Assembly: GCA_963678315.1 (NCBI GenBank)
Contig: OY782781.1
Span: forward strand, 608,001 to 672,000
Direction of reading: 5' to 3'
DNA: 64,000 nt
Source of the DNA: Candidatus Cloacimonadales bacterium
Lineage (GTDB): Bacteria; Cloacimonadota; Cloacimonadia; Cloacimonadales; JAFGVF01
The position numbers and the translations under genes were made by a program. The notes below the pieces were generated by a model. The model had not been told where the DNA came from and made no database searches. It was given only the letters and a program-made list of their open reading frames with translations. Below are positions 1-9,536 of the stretch, piece by piece. Each line of letters begins with the position of its first letter. Position 1 is the first letter of the stretch.

Positions 1-162
1 TCCTCCTAAATTTATCTGTCATTATTGACATGATACATTATTCAAGCTACATTTTTATATTGTCAATAAAAAAAACTTAGTTAAGAAGTTGGATATTTAA
101 TTTTACTTGACAGTTTCCAAAATTAAGAAAATGATAAAAGAAAAAGTTCCTTGGGAGGAAGT

Positions 163-1134
163 ATGTTTTACAATGGAAACAAAATGAAAGAAGTTTTTCT
201 TAAAGCTAAGAAGAATAGGTTTGGAATTATTGCCTCTAATGTTGTGTTTGACTTTGCTGTAAGACCTATTATTCAAGGTTACATGAATAACAATTCTGAT
301 GGTCTTTTACAGATGAGTGCAGGAGCTGTGAAATACGCTGCTGGCAATACACAAGATATGTTTGTAGGTGCAAACTTAATATCACAGACAGTAAAAATAT
401 TAGCTAATCAGTATAAAAATGCTGGTGTAGGCTTGCACATTGACCATGCCACACCAAACTACATGGATTTTGTTATCTATTGCATTGAGAATGGTCTTGT
501 TTCTTCAGTAATGATTGATGCTTCTCATGAAGAATTTGCTGACAATGTTAGAATCTCTAAAGAGATAGTTGATGTTGCTCACAAACATAATGTAATTGTT
601 GAAGGTGAGATTGGTTATATTAAAGGTACAGAAGATGAAATAGTCTCTGATATTGAACTTTATACCTCACCAGAAGAAGCTTTAGAATATGTTTCTAAAA
701 CTAATGTTGATCTTTTTGCTGCATCTGTGGGAACTAATCACGGTGTTACAAAAGGTTCAAAGGTTAAATTAAACCTTGATTTAATTAAAAAGATTGATGA
801 CCTTTTAATCTCTAACAATTTAGAACGTGGTATTGTGCTTCACGGTGCATCTGGACTAACTGCTGAACAGCAACAAGTTGCTATAGCCAATGGTGTAGTT
901 AAAATTAATAAAGATACAAGATATCAAATGGAAGCTGCTGAAGCTGTTCAAAAATACTGGTCAGGAAATGCTGATGCTATTGTTTGTCCTGAAGGTATGA
1001 ATCCGGATGATTTCTTCCCAGACAAGAAAAGATTTGATCCTAGAAAATGGATTATCAATGCAGAGAAAGCACAGCAAGAAGCTGTTGAAGGTTTAGTTAG
1101 AATGTCTGGTTCTGCTAATAACAGTATTCTTTAA
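163..1134 (+). CDS. fba: Class II fructose-bisphosphate aldolase
   Basis: LHIDH, VMIDASH, VEGEIG, GTNHG, IVLHGASG and KINKDT motifs; ATG 163 follows GGAGG (track start 151 is TTG); precedes gap. Confidence 0.92.
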   Translation: MFYNGNKMKEVFLKAKKNRFGIIASNVVFDFAVRPIIQGYMNNNSDGLLQMSAGAVKYAAGNTQDMFVGANLISQTVKILANQYKNAGVGLHIDHATPNYMDFVIYCIENGLVSSVMIDASHEEFADNVRISKEIVDVAHKHNVIVEGEIGYIKGTEDEIVSDIELYTSPEEALEYVSKTNVDLFAASVGTNHGVTKGSKVKLNLDLIKKIDDLLISNNLERGIVLHGASGLTAEQQQVAIANGVVKINKDTRYQMEAAEAVQKYWSGNADAIVCPEGMNPDDFFPDKKRFDPRKWIINAEKAQQEAVEGLVRMSGSANNSIL

Positions 1135-1176
1135 AAAGACAATAAAACAAAAAATAGAATATTTCAGGAGAAAACA

Positions 1177-2175
1177 ATGAAAAAAGTTGCAATTAATGGT
1201 TTTGGAAGAATCGGTAGACTTGTTATGAGATCTATCCTTGCTTATCATCCAGAGTTAGATGTTGTTGCTATTAATGACTTAACAGATGCAAAAACTCTTG
1301 CTCATCTGTTTAAATATGATTCAGTTCATAAGCAATTTAATGGTGAAGTAGAATCTAAAGATGAATCTATTGTTATCAATGGTAAAGAAATTAGAATCTA
1401 TAGTGAAAGAAATCCTGAAGATCTTCCTTGGGGAGAACTTGGAGTTGAATTAGTATTCGAGTGTACAGGTATTTTCCGTAAAAAAGCTCAATGTGAAATG
1501 CATATTACTGCAGGTGCAAAGAAAGTTGCTCTTTCAGTTCCTGCTAAAGATGAAGTTGATGCTACTATCGTTTTAGGTGTAAATGATGAACTTCTTAAAC
1601 CTGAACACAGAGTGGTTTCTAACGCTTCATGTACTACAAACTGCCTTGCTCCTGTAGCTAAAGTCCTTCATGACAACTTTGGAATTAAAGCTGGTTTAAT
1701 GACTACTGTTCACTCATTCACAGCTGACCAACGTATCCTTGATGCTCCTCACAGCGACCTTAGAAGAGCTAGAGCTGCTTCTTTAAACATGATTCCTACA
1801 ACCACTGGCGCTGCAAAAGCTTTAGGTAAAGTAATACCTTCACTTAATGGTATTCTTGATGGTATCGCTATCAGAGTTCCAACTCCAGACGGTTCTTTAG
1901 TAGATTTAGCTGTTACTCTTGATAAAGAAGCTACAGTTGAAGAAATCAACGCTGCTGTTAAGAAAGCTGCTGAAGGTCCAATGAAAGGAATTATTGAATA
2001 CTCTGAATTACCTCTTGTTTCTACTGATATTCAAGGAAATAAAGCTTCATCTGTATTTGATTCTCAAATGACAGCTGTTAAAGGTAACATTGTTAAAATT
2101 CTTACTTGGTATGATAATGAATGGGGTTACTCAAACAGACTTGCTGAACTTGGTGCAAAAATGTTAAGCATCTAA
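1177..2175 (+). CDS. gap: Glyceraldehyde-3-phosphate dehydrogenase type I
   Basis: INGFGRIGR, SNASCTTNCLAP, WYDNEWGYS. Confidence 0.98.
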   Translation: MKKVAINGFGRIGRLVMRSILAYHPELDVVAINDLTDAKTLAHLFKYDSVHKQFNGEVESKDESIVINGKEIRIYSERNPEDLPWGELGVELVFECTGIFRKKAQCEMHITAGAKKVALSVPAKDEVDATIVLGVNDELLKPEHRVVSNASCTTNCLAPVAKVLHDNFGIKAGLMTTVHSFTADQRILDAPHSDLRRARAASLNMIPTTTGAAKALGKVIPSLNGILDGIAIRVPTPDGSLVDLAVTLDKEATVEEINAAVKKAAEGPMKGIIEYSELPLVSTDIQGNKASSVFDSQMTAVKGNIVKILTWYDNEWGYSNRLAELGAKMLSI

Positions 2176-2203
2176 TATCTTTAGATGTCTTTAAGATAAT
2201 AAG

Positions 2204-2229
2204 AAGAGCTCCCTTGGGGGCTCTTTTTC
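2204..2229 (+). terminator. Rho-independent terminator after gap
   Basis: AAGAGCTCCC / GGGGCTCTT stem followed by T-run. Confidence 0.75.
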
Positions 2230-2262
2230 TATAGAAGTAGATATTATTTCTAGTAAAGCAAT

Positions 2263-2297
2263 AAGAGAGGAGCTAAGTAATCAAGCTCCTCTCTTTT
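2263..2297. terminator. Hairpin terminator, likely for the C25 protease gene or bidirectional
   Basis: AAGAGAGGAGCT-N9-AGCTCCTCTCTT perfect 12-bp stem between convergent genes. Confidence 0.75.
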
Positions 2298-2315
2298 ATG
2301 TTTAACTTTTATTAT

Positions 2316-5300
2316 CTATTTTCTAGCTGTTATTCTGAACAGATACATTTCAGTAGCAAATCTGCTTTGTGTTAGTGTGTAGTTTGTTTGATTAGTAGTA
2401 GTTAAGATACTCCAATCATGATAGTTAGTAGAGTATTCAATCAGGTATTCTGTTGCATAAGGAATAGCATTCCAACTTAAGTTAGTATTTGCACCTTCAA
2501 CCTGAATAGAAATATTGTTTGGAGCAATTAGTTCTTCTTGTCCCATACTAATCAAGAATGGATTATTTGCTGAACCAACATTTTCACCAGGGTTAATTGT
2601 AGTTGCGTTTGATAAGATGCAGACTAGGTCTTCACTATAATCATACAGTTTAAAACTAACATTCTCATTTGGATTAGCACATTGAACAACTAAAGCCACA
2701 TAAGCATTGCCATCAGCTTCAACAATATCAGCAACTGCTCTGCATTCATCTCCTACAAATACACCAAGAATATCACCTTGTTCAGCTGGAATATTATACA
2801 GTTCAACTTGTCCATAAATTATTGCACTGTTGTTTGGATATATTACAGCTTCCCATGATGGTTCATTTTGTGGAGAAGTAATATTGAGATGAACAGGAAT
2901 ATCTAAATTAGAATTCTCAGCTGAATTTGATTGAATTTGAATATTTGTATAGTAGTCTCCATCTTCGAAATCAGTGCTATTGAAGTAAACCCAGAAGTCT
3001 TCTGAACTATTAGGAGCAACATTAACATTTAGCATATTGCTATCTAATGACACCCATTGAGGCTCAATGTTGCCTTGACCTGTAATTACTAAGTTATCTA
3101 TAGCCCAATACCAATCATAATCTGCATCATAGTAGTGGAATCTAAATTTTACTTGAGAATAGCCTTCATTAGTTATTTGGTAAGAGAAGTGGTTAGGGCT
3201 AGCCCATGTACCGACATCACTTCCAGAATAACTAGCAATGTTAGTCCATTCTGTACCATTCCAGAAGTCAACGTCAGCTATCTCTGCTTGATATTTGCGG
3301 AAGTACTGGTCGAATTCAATTGTTACAGTCTCGTAATTAGAAACATCAATTAGAGGAGTTTCAGCTATATCATTAAAGCTTACTCCACTACCAGCAGCAT
3401 CACTATCTACTAGTAAGAATGAACCTGTTCCCATACTATTACCTTCTCTATCTTCAACAATTTGCCAAGTATAATCAGCACTTGATTCATAAGTTATACT
3501 CCAATCACTCAAATCATCATCATCAAAGTTATGAGAATATAGAATGTCACCATCTCTTGTACTTAGGTCATCTAGACTTACCACACAGTTCAATTCGACA
3601 TCGCCATCATTAGTGATTGTAACAGCAAGTGAGTCCTGTGTAGAAGGTCTTAAGTTCTTAGAAATTGAAGTAGGGTTAACTATTATGCTAGCAGGTTCAA
3701 TAACCTCTAAGCTAACAGGAATTGAAATATTAGGCTCATTTATAGCGTTTGAGATAATGCTTATAGAGCTAGAGAATATTCCAACATTGTTTGTAGGGTG
3801 ACTACAACTGAAGTTTTTTGTCTGTGCAGAAGGAATAGTAATATTGATATTCCTATTGCTCTTTTTCATTTTAGAATCTGAACTGATATATCTGGATTTG
3901 CCTATTCCTCTTCTTGTAATTTCTTCTATTACAAATCCATCATTAACAGACATTTGAATAATTAAATCTTCTCCACCAGTATTAGTAATAGAGAATTCTT
4001 CCTGCGCTAAGGAATTAAGGAAAACTGTAGCCATGTCAATAGACTCAACATCAACCTCTATAGCAGCTTGGGTAACAGATCCAATATGTAGCGAAACAGG
4101 TATTTCTATCCAGGTATTATCTGGATCATTTGTTACTATTTGTATAGTCTTATTATAGACACCTGTTTCATAATTAGTTGTGTTGAACGATAACGTTACA
4201 GTCTCACTTTCACCCTCAGCTAAAGATAATTCAGTAGTGTCTATAGTTAACCACTCTGGTGTTCCTGTTGCTGAAAATAGTATTGCATATTCATCTGTTA
4301 GAACTTCTTGATTATAACCAATTAAGAGACCATCATCACCATTATGATTCTCGATACCTACTGTATAGTCAGTTTGAGTAGCTATAGTTTTATATTGCAT
4401 TAGTATGTTTCCACTGGCATATAATATTGCTTGGAAAGTAATGCTTTCAGAAGGAGCAGAAGAACTCCAGTGAGAGACATTTTCCCACTGAATTACAGTG
4501 TAATCGGTAAAGTTTTGATAATAAACATTTCCCCAATCTACATCACTAACAAGACCTAGAGGTTTCAAATCATCCCAATAAGGAGCTATAACTCCATTAG
4601 GTGTTGAAGAGGTAGGCAAGCTAGTATTTGTGTAAGTAACTGCATCATCAACAAGGCTTATAAAACCGTTAGAGCATACATTTAAAGAAGTATAACTTTC
4701 ACCATAATACTCAAAAGTAAATGGTAAGGTAACTTCTTCTGACTCATCATCTTCTTCAGCTATTACTGTTCCTGTGCTTGAAATATCTATCCAGTTATAC
4801 TCTAATGAAGTTTCATTACTATCAATCCAAGTGTAGCCATAAGTATCTGGTCCTCCACTGTTTCTATCTACATCGGCAATATCTATAACTATATCCAATG
4901 TTCCAGAACCACTATTAGTTATAGTTAGTGATTCGGTATCAGTTTCATCAGTGTTCATTACTTTATTAAACATTCTATTATCAGCACTATATTGAGGTTT
5001 AACTCCACATGCAACAAGAGAAATATACTTGCTACTTCCTTCAGCATTATGGCTTATTTCGATATTATTGTTATAGCAAAGCTCTGTTGTTGGTGAGAAT
5101 ATTATATTAAATTCTTGGTTGTTACCAGCAGTTATTGTATAAGGAATTGTTGATAATCTTGTAGAAATATAATCCTTATTATCACCTCTATTAGCCAGAT
5201 TAAACCCTGTTGGGAGAATTACATTACCGACTAAATCAGAGCCACCGTTATTAGTTATAGTGAAGTTCTTTGTTACACTTTCACCCAAAACAACATCACC

Positions 5301-8300
5301 ATAGTCTAATGATGTAGGATTAACACTAATTAGTGCTTCATTAGTAGATTCACTAGGAAAAACCCTGATATTTGGCTTATAAGCTGTAGGGTTTCCAGTC
5401 GGAGGTGATGCTGGATCTGGATTAGTAGAATCACTATAGTAATAGATACTTTGATTACTTGAAGTTGTAAAACAGTAGAATTCATCGCTTGAAGCATGGT
5501 ATCCACTAGTATTCTCATCAATTGCAATAACTAAATTACTTGTTCCGTTGTAGTTAAATGGGATAGTAAATTCAATTTCTACCCAATCATCACTTGTATT
5601 TACAGAGAAATCACCAGCATATACTTCTGTTAGTTGGCTTACAGGAAACCAATCAGTAGTTGAGGAGAAAGAAGCATCTGTTGTATGACCTAGATATAGT
5701 TTTATCTCATCAGTAAAACTAGAATTTTTATTCCAATTATAAGAAATCTTATTTATTGCACAAGATCCTAAATTTAGTTCATCACTTGTGTAAATAGATT
5801 GACTATAGGTGTAACCATAATATGGTTCAAGAGGTAAATGAGTTTCTGTCTCTGTGCCTTGGCCTATAATTAATAGATTAGCAATAAAGGTATCACTTAA
5901 TGAACTTGAGCCATTTGGATAAGTTGTATTTGCGTTAAATATAACTTCTCTTCCTGCCTCTATAAATGATGAGGAAGTGCACTGTATATTAACTGTCTCT
6001 ATTACCCCTGCATCAATGGTTGGAACATTAACACTTGTAGGACAAGTAATATCTGTCATTGAGCTTATTGCTAAAGTCCCGATTGGAGACTGTGCTCCAC
6101 CTTGATTTCGCACACTTACAACAAAATCAAAAGTTTCACCAGCATCAATTATATTATTCCCATTCCCAGATTGACTATCATCAATAGTTACTTCTTGAAG
6201 GGTTATATTATAACTTGCAATACTAAAGTTGATTTGTCCATTATAAGTATCACTTCCAGAAACTATTTCATAGTCAATTTCAATAGAAGAGTTATCCGGA
6301 AGATTGGAAACAACATTAAAAGAACATACATTATTTAGTTGAATTGAACTACCATCATTAACAGAACTTATGCTCTCACTATTGTCTGTTATTGTTATAT
6401 ATTGAGAAGATTCTGTAAATGTAATTGTTCCACTTGAAGAATCTTCAATACCGGAATTCTCTATTGTTAAATCAATAGAACATGACTCTCCATATTCAAC
6501 TATTTCATCATTATCAGAAGTATTGAATGAATAATCACTTACACTTAGGTATGGACCTTCTGCTGGAATAACTTCGATGCTACCTACGTGAGGTCTATAA
6601 TCAGTGTGAGTAACTACTATCTTCAAGTTTTGAGTAGTATTTAAAGCATCAAAAGTAAGTTGAGCACTTCCACTAGAATTAGCTAAAGCTGCATCTAATA
6701 AAACACCATCTCTACTTAAAGCTACATAAGAATAAGGAGCAGCAGAAACATCTAAAGAAGTTGTTCCAATAAAAACATTTGATTGATAGTTAGCAGTTTG
6801 AGTTTCAGGAAGTCCAATATAAGGATTCAATGATGGATCTCCCATAATTGAGTAGATTTCCCAGTAGTAATTCTTATCATTTGAAGAAGAGCTTTGTACT
6901 GCCATATTTCCAGAATACACCATTGCTCCCGTTGTGTTAGCCCAGGTATCAAAAGCTTGGCCATTCTCATGGAAAAGAGCATCAAACATACCTGTTCCTG
7001 TGCCAGCATAAGTAGGACTATCGGTGTCTGTATCAGCAAAGTATCCAACTGACCACCAGTAATCCTCATCCCATAGAGTGGAGTTTGTTCCACCAATATA
7101 GATTACCGCACCATTCTCAGCTCTTAACCAAGCTTCACCAAAACAAGTTCCTGTATCAAAGTGATTAGTTAAACAACAATTACCCACAACAACAGGATAC
7201 ATTTCATTATTCGTAAAACTATTAATATCTGAAATAGTCATGTTCGGATCTGCCCATGAAGTTTCAGAGCCATGAGCTGTATAATTTAAATAACCAAGTC
7301 CTTCATTAACATCAGCAAAAATTTGACTTTCACTAGAGCCTGATGCAGGATATAGGTAAGTTGTTGCATCAATACCATGAGCTGAGTTAAAATAATAAGT
7401 AGAACCATAATTGATAGTTCCGTTACCGTGAGTAGGAGCCCAAGAAGCATCAACACCAGCAATAAGTGTAACACGTTCAAGGTAGCTTGGATCTGACATC
7501 TCAAATTTTTCATACATGAGAGTCTTATTTACTTGCGTCTGTAGTTCAGCCACGCTTGTAGCTGAAAATCTACCATAATACATCTCAGGTAAATAATCAG
7601 AACCTTCAAGCTTTACATAATCTAAGTCTGTAACATGACCTGATTCTGTCTGTCCGGTCCATGCTGGAACCTGTGCCACATCTCCAACAATAAGTAGGTA
7701 TGATGGAGCAGGATTTGAAGCGTTAGCACTATTCCATATACTTGTAATTTCAGATTTTATTGCACTGCTAGTAGAACCAATAGCTTCAGTAGTAAGAATT
7801 GTTACATCAAATCCTGATTCTTTCTTCCATGTAATAAAAGGTTCTAAAGTATCAAGAAACCCTTGTGGTGTAACAATCAAATATCCTAAAGGATAGTTTT
7901 CTAAATATCTTGTATCATTTCTATAGTTCAAAATTGTTTTTGCAAACATTCCTTCAAAAGCTCTAGAGTATGTCTTCTCTCTCATCTGGTCAGTAAGAGA
8001 ATAATCTCCACCAATAAAGTTCACTTCAACATTAGCAAATCTTGTTACAATCAACTCATTTTTAGCAATGTTATAGCTAATCGGATTGTAGCTTATCTCA
8101 AATAAACGATAACCCCTCATCATACCAATTTCTTCTGTTTCTATTAACTTTAGGGTGTACACTTCATTTGAAGAATATATCTTGTTATCAATTACAAACT
8201 TTATATCTTCAGGTTTAGCACTTTTTGAGACTGAAGGTTGATTTGGAAATATTGGATTTGTGAAACCTTGTTCTCTAAGATTAATTATTTCCTTTTTCTG

Positions 8301-8612
8301 ATTTGTGATAGAAATATCTAACCTAGCTCCCATTGGAACAGATATTATTTTTGTGATTGAAGGTAATTGTGGTTGACCATGCTTGCCTGTATAACCAAAA
8401 TTATCTGCTATCAAACGAATATATTCTCCGTTTTCATCATTAATATTTTCAATATCTAATGAATTTAAAGAATATTCTAGCTTAATTAAATTGCTTGAAT
8501 TTTCTGTTAACTCTAAAGAATTATCACTTCCTGCTATAACCGATACAGGACTTGATAAAGCCAAACCTATCGCACTAATAAACAAAATAACTAGTAATAA
8601 TTGTTTTCTCAT
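2316..8612 (-). CDS. Large secreted gingipain-like (peptidase C25, Kgp-type) polyprotein: propeptide, catalytic, Ig-like and accessory beta-sandwich modules
   Basis: Signal peptide MRKQLLLVILFISAIGLALS after AGGAG (start 8612, not 8669); NYTAHGSETSWADP (His), VVGNCCLT (Cys), WDEDYWWSVG and IMGDP motifs. Confidence 0.88.
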   Translation of the reverse strand: MRKQLLLVILFISAIGLALSSPVSVIAGSDNSLELTENSSNLIKLEYSLNSLDIENINDENGEYIRLIADNFGYTGKHGQPQLPSITKIISVPMGARLDISITNQKKEIINLREQGFTNPIFPNQPSVSKSAKPEDIKFVIDNKIYSSNEVYTLKLIETEEIGMMRGYRLFEISYNPISYNIAKNELIVTRFANVEVNFIGGDYSLTDQMREKTYSRAFEGMFAKTILNYRNDTRYLENYPLGYLIVTPQGFLDTLEPFITWKKESGFDVTILTTEAIGSTSSAIKSEITSIWNSANASNPAPSYLLIVGDVAQVPAWTGQTESGHVTDLDYVKLEGSDYLPEMYYGRFSATSVAELQTQVNKTLMYEKFEMSDPSYLERVTLIAGVDASWAPTHGNGTINYGSTYYFNSAHGIDATTYLYPASGSSESQIFADVNEGLGYLNYTAHGSETSWADPNMTISDINSFTNNEMYPVVVGNCCLTNHFDTGTCFGEAWLRAENGAVIYIGGTNSTLWDEDYWWSVGYFADTDTDSPTYAGTGTGMFDALFHENGQAFDTWANTTGAMVYSGNMAVQSSSSNDKNYYWEIYSIMGDPSLNPYIGLPETQTANYQSNVFIGTTSLDVSAAPYSYVALSRDGVLLDAALANSSGSAQLTFDALNTTQNLKIVVTHTDYRPHVGSIEVIPAEGPYLSVSDYSFNTSDNDEIVEYGESCSIDLTIENSGIEDSSSGTITFTESSQYITITDNSESISSVNDGSSIQLNNVCSFNVVSNLPDNSSIEIDYEIVSGSDTYNGQINFSIASYNITLQEVTIDDSQSGNGNNIIDAGETFDFVVSVRNQGGAQSPIGTLAISSMTDITCPTSVNVPTIDAGVIETVNIQCTSSSFIEAGREVIFNANTTYPNGSSSLSDTFIANLLIIGQGTETETHLPLEPYYGYTYSQSIYTSDELNLGSCAINKISYNWNKNSSFTDEIKLYLGHTTDASFSSTTDWFPVSQLTEVYAGDFSVNTSDDWVEIEFTIPFNYNGTSNLVIAIDENTSGYHASSDEFYCFTTSSNQSIYYYSDSTNPDPASPPTGNPTAYKPNIRVFPSESTNEALISVNPTSLDYGDVVLGESVTKNFTITNNGGSDLVGNVILPTGFNLANRGDNKDYISTRLSTIPYTITAGNNQEFNIIFSPTTELCYNNNIEISHNAEGSSKYISLVACGVKPQYSADNRMFNKVMNTDETDTESLTITNSGSGTLDIVIDIADVDRNSGGPDTYGYTWIDSNETSLEYNWIDISSTGTVIAEEDDESEEVTLPFTFEYYGESYTSLNVCSNGFISLVDDAVTYTNTSLPTSSTPNGVIAPYWDDLKPLGLVSDVDWGNVYYQNFTDYTVIQWENVSHWSSSAPSESITFQAILYASGNILMQYKTIATQTDYTVGIENHNGDDGLLIGYNQEVLTDEYAILFSATGTPEWLTIDTTELSLAEGESETVTLSFNTTNYETGVYNKTIQIVTNDPDNTWIEIPVSLHIGSVTQAAIEVDVESIDMATVFLNSLAQEEFSITNTGGEDLIIQMSVNDGFVIEEITRRGIGKSRYISSDSKMKKSNRNINITIPSAQTKNFSCSHPTNNVGIFSSSISIISNAINEPNISIPVSLEVIEPASIIVNPTSISKNLRPSTQDSLAVTITNDGDVELNCVVSLDDLSTRDGDILYSHNFDDDDLSDWSITYESSADYTWQIVEDREGNSMGTGSFLLVDSDAAGSGVSFNDIAETPLIDVSNYETVTIEFDQYFRKYQAEIADVDFWNGTEWTNIASYSGSDVGTWASPNHFSYQITNEGYSQVKFRFHYYDADYDWYWAIDNLVITGQGNIEPQWVSLDSNMLNVNVAPNSSEDFWVYFNSTDFEDGDYYTNIQIQSNSAENSNLDIPVHLNITSPQNEPSWEAVIYPNNSAIIYGQVELYNIPAEQGDILGVFVGDECRAVADIVEADGNAYVALVVQCANPNENVSFKLYDYSEDLVCILSNATTINPGENVGSANNPFLISMGQEELIAPNNISIQVEGANTNLSWNAIPYATEYLIEYSTNYHDWSILTTTNQTNYTLTQSRFATEMYLFRITARK

Positions 8613-8666
8613 ATTGACTCCTATATATCTTAAATAATCATTTTTCACATAATTATACAAATTTTT

Positions 8667-8689
8667 CAAGTATCTTTGATACTTGTCAA
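8667..8689 (-). promoter_or_regulatory. TTGACA (-35-like) with overlapping perfect inverted repeat CAAGTATC-TTT-GATACTTG
   Basis: IR at 8667-8685 and tgtcaa at 8684-8689, upstream of the protease gene. Confidence 0.4.
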
Positions 8690-8732
8690 TAATTAAGTAT
8701 GTTTTTTTAAATTTTTCTTGTTTTACTACTTT

Positions 8733-9182
8733 CTCTAGACGTTTTCACAAGATCTCTACATCACCGTAATAAGGTCATCCTTACTTGCCCCCTTGAAAAA
8801 AAGCCGATTTTTCAATGAGGGGCGTAAGGGAGGAGTTAGGATTGAGTTACTGGGAACGCTCAGTTGGAAGCTGGCTAAACACTGGGAACGCTCAGTTGGA
8901 AGCTGGCTAAACACTGGGAACGCTTTGCCTTTAGTCCGGCTACTGCCGGATAGCCGGCTAAACACTGGGAACGCTCGGCTGCTAGCCGGCTAAACACTTA
9001 GAACGCAGTTATAAGTGAATTTGTAGAGACGTTTGGCAAAACGTCTCAATCGCAAGCAAGGACCGTGACAGGCGAAGACTGTTGCTTGCAATCCTAAATA
9101 CAAGCTAGAAGCTTGTGTACCCAGATGGTGATGGCGTGTAAGCGTCCACCGATAGGTTGAACAAAGGTCATGCTTACGCAAA
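8733..9182. repeat. Mosaic REP/BIME-like hairpin array 1 (degenerate C, A, B x4, C, D, F, E)
   Basis: Every module recurs in other intergenic regions of this window; ACTGGGAACGCT...GCTAAAC units at 8849, 8881, 8913, 8964. Confidence 0.9.
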
Positions 9183-9229
9183 TTAAAGTGATAAGATTTA
9201 AAGTTTTAATGAAAAAAAAGTTATTTGTC

Positions 9230-9259
9230 TTGACATTATTTTATCAATAATGATATAAT
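9230..9259 (+). promoter_or_regulatory. Consensus sigma70 promoter TTGACA-N18-TATAAT
   Basis: TTGACA 9230-9235, TATAAT 9254-9259, 7 nt before acyP ATG. Confidence 0.7.
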
Positions 9260-9266
9260 TATTTTT

Positions 9267-9536
9267 ATGAATGGAAAAGAAATAGTAGTTTTTGGTAGAG
9301 TTCAAGGTGTAGGATTCAGAAGATTCGTACACCAACAGGCTAAAATCTGTAATATCAAAGGATATGTTCAGAACAGGCCTGATGGTTCTGTCTATGTAAT
9401 TGCCTATTCAGAAGCTAAAAATTTACAACTATTTCTGTCATTAATTAGTAAAGGAAACTCATTCTCGAGAGTAGAAAGAATACAAGAATCGGATTTAAAC
9501 AGCAGTAATAGTTATGATAGGTTTTCAATCAGATGA
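9267..9536 (+). CDS. acyP: Acylphosphatase
   Basis: GRVQGVGFR and GYVQNRPDGSV motifs. Confidence 0.93.
   Translation: MNGKEIVVFGRVQGVGFRRFVHQQAKICNIKGYVQNRPDGSVYVIAYSEAKNLQLFLSLISKGNSFSRVERIQESDLNSSNSYDRFSIR

Noticed and set aside
8756..9181. Short ORFs 8756..8965, 8793..8993, 8990..9181, also 31785..32006, 31926..32192 and 51231..51461
   Set aside because: They run through the repeat modules; shared peptides (LSGSSRTKGKAFPVF, PLVRLLPDSR) are translations of module B on either strand; no convincing RBS
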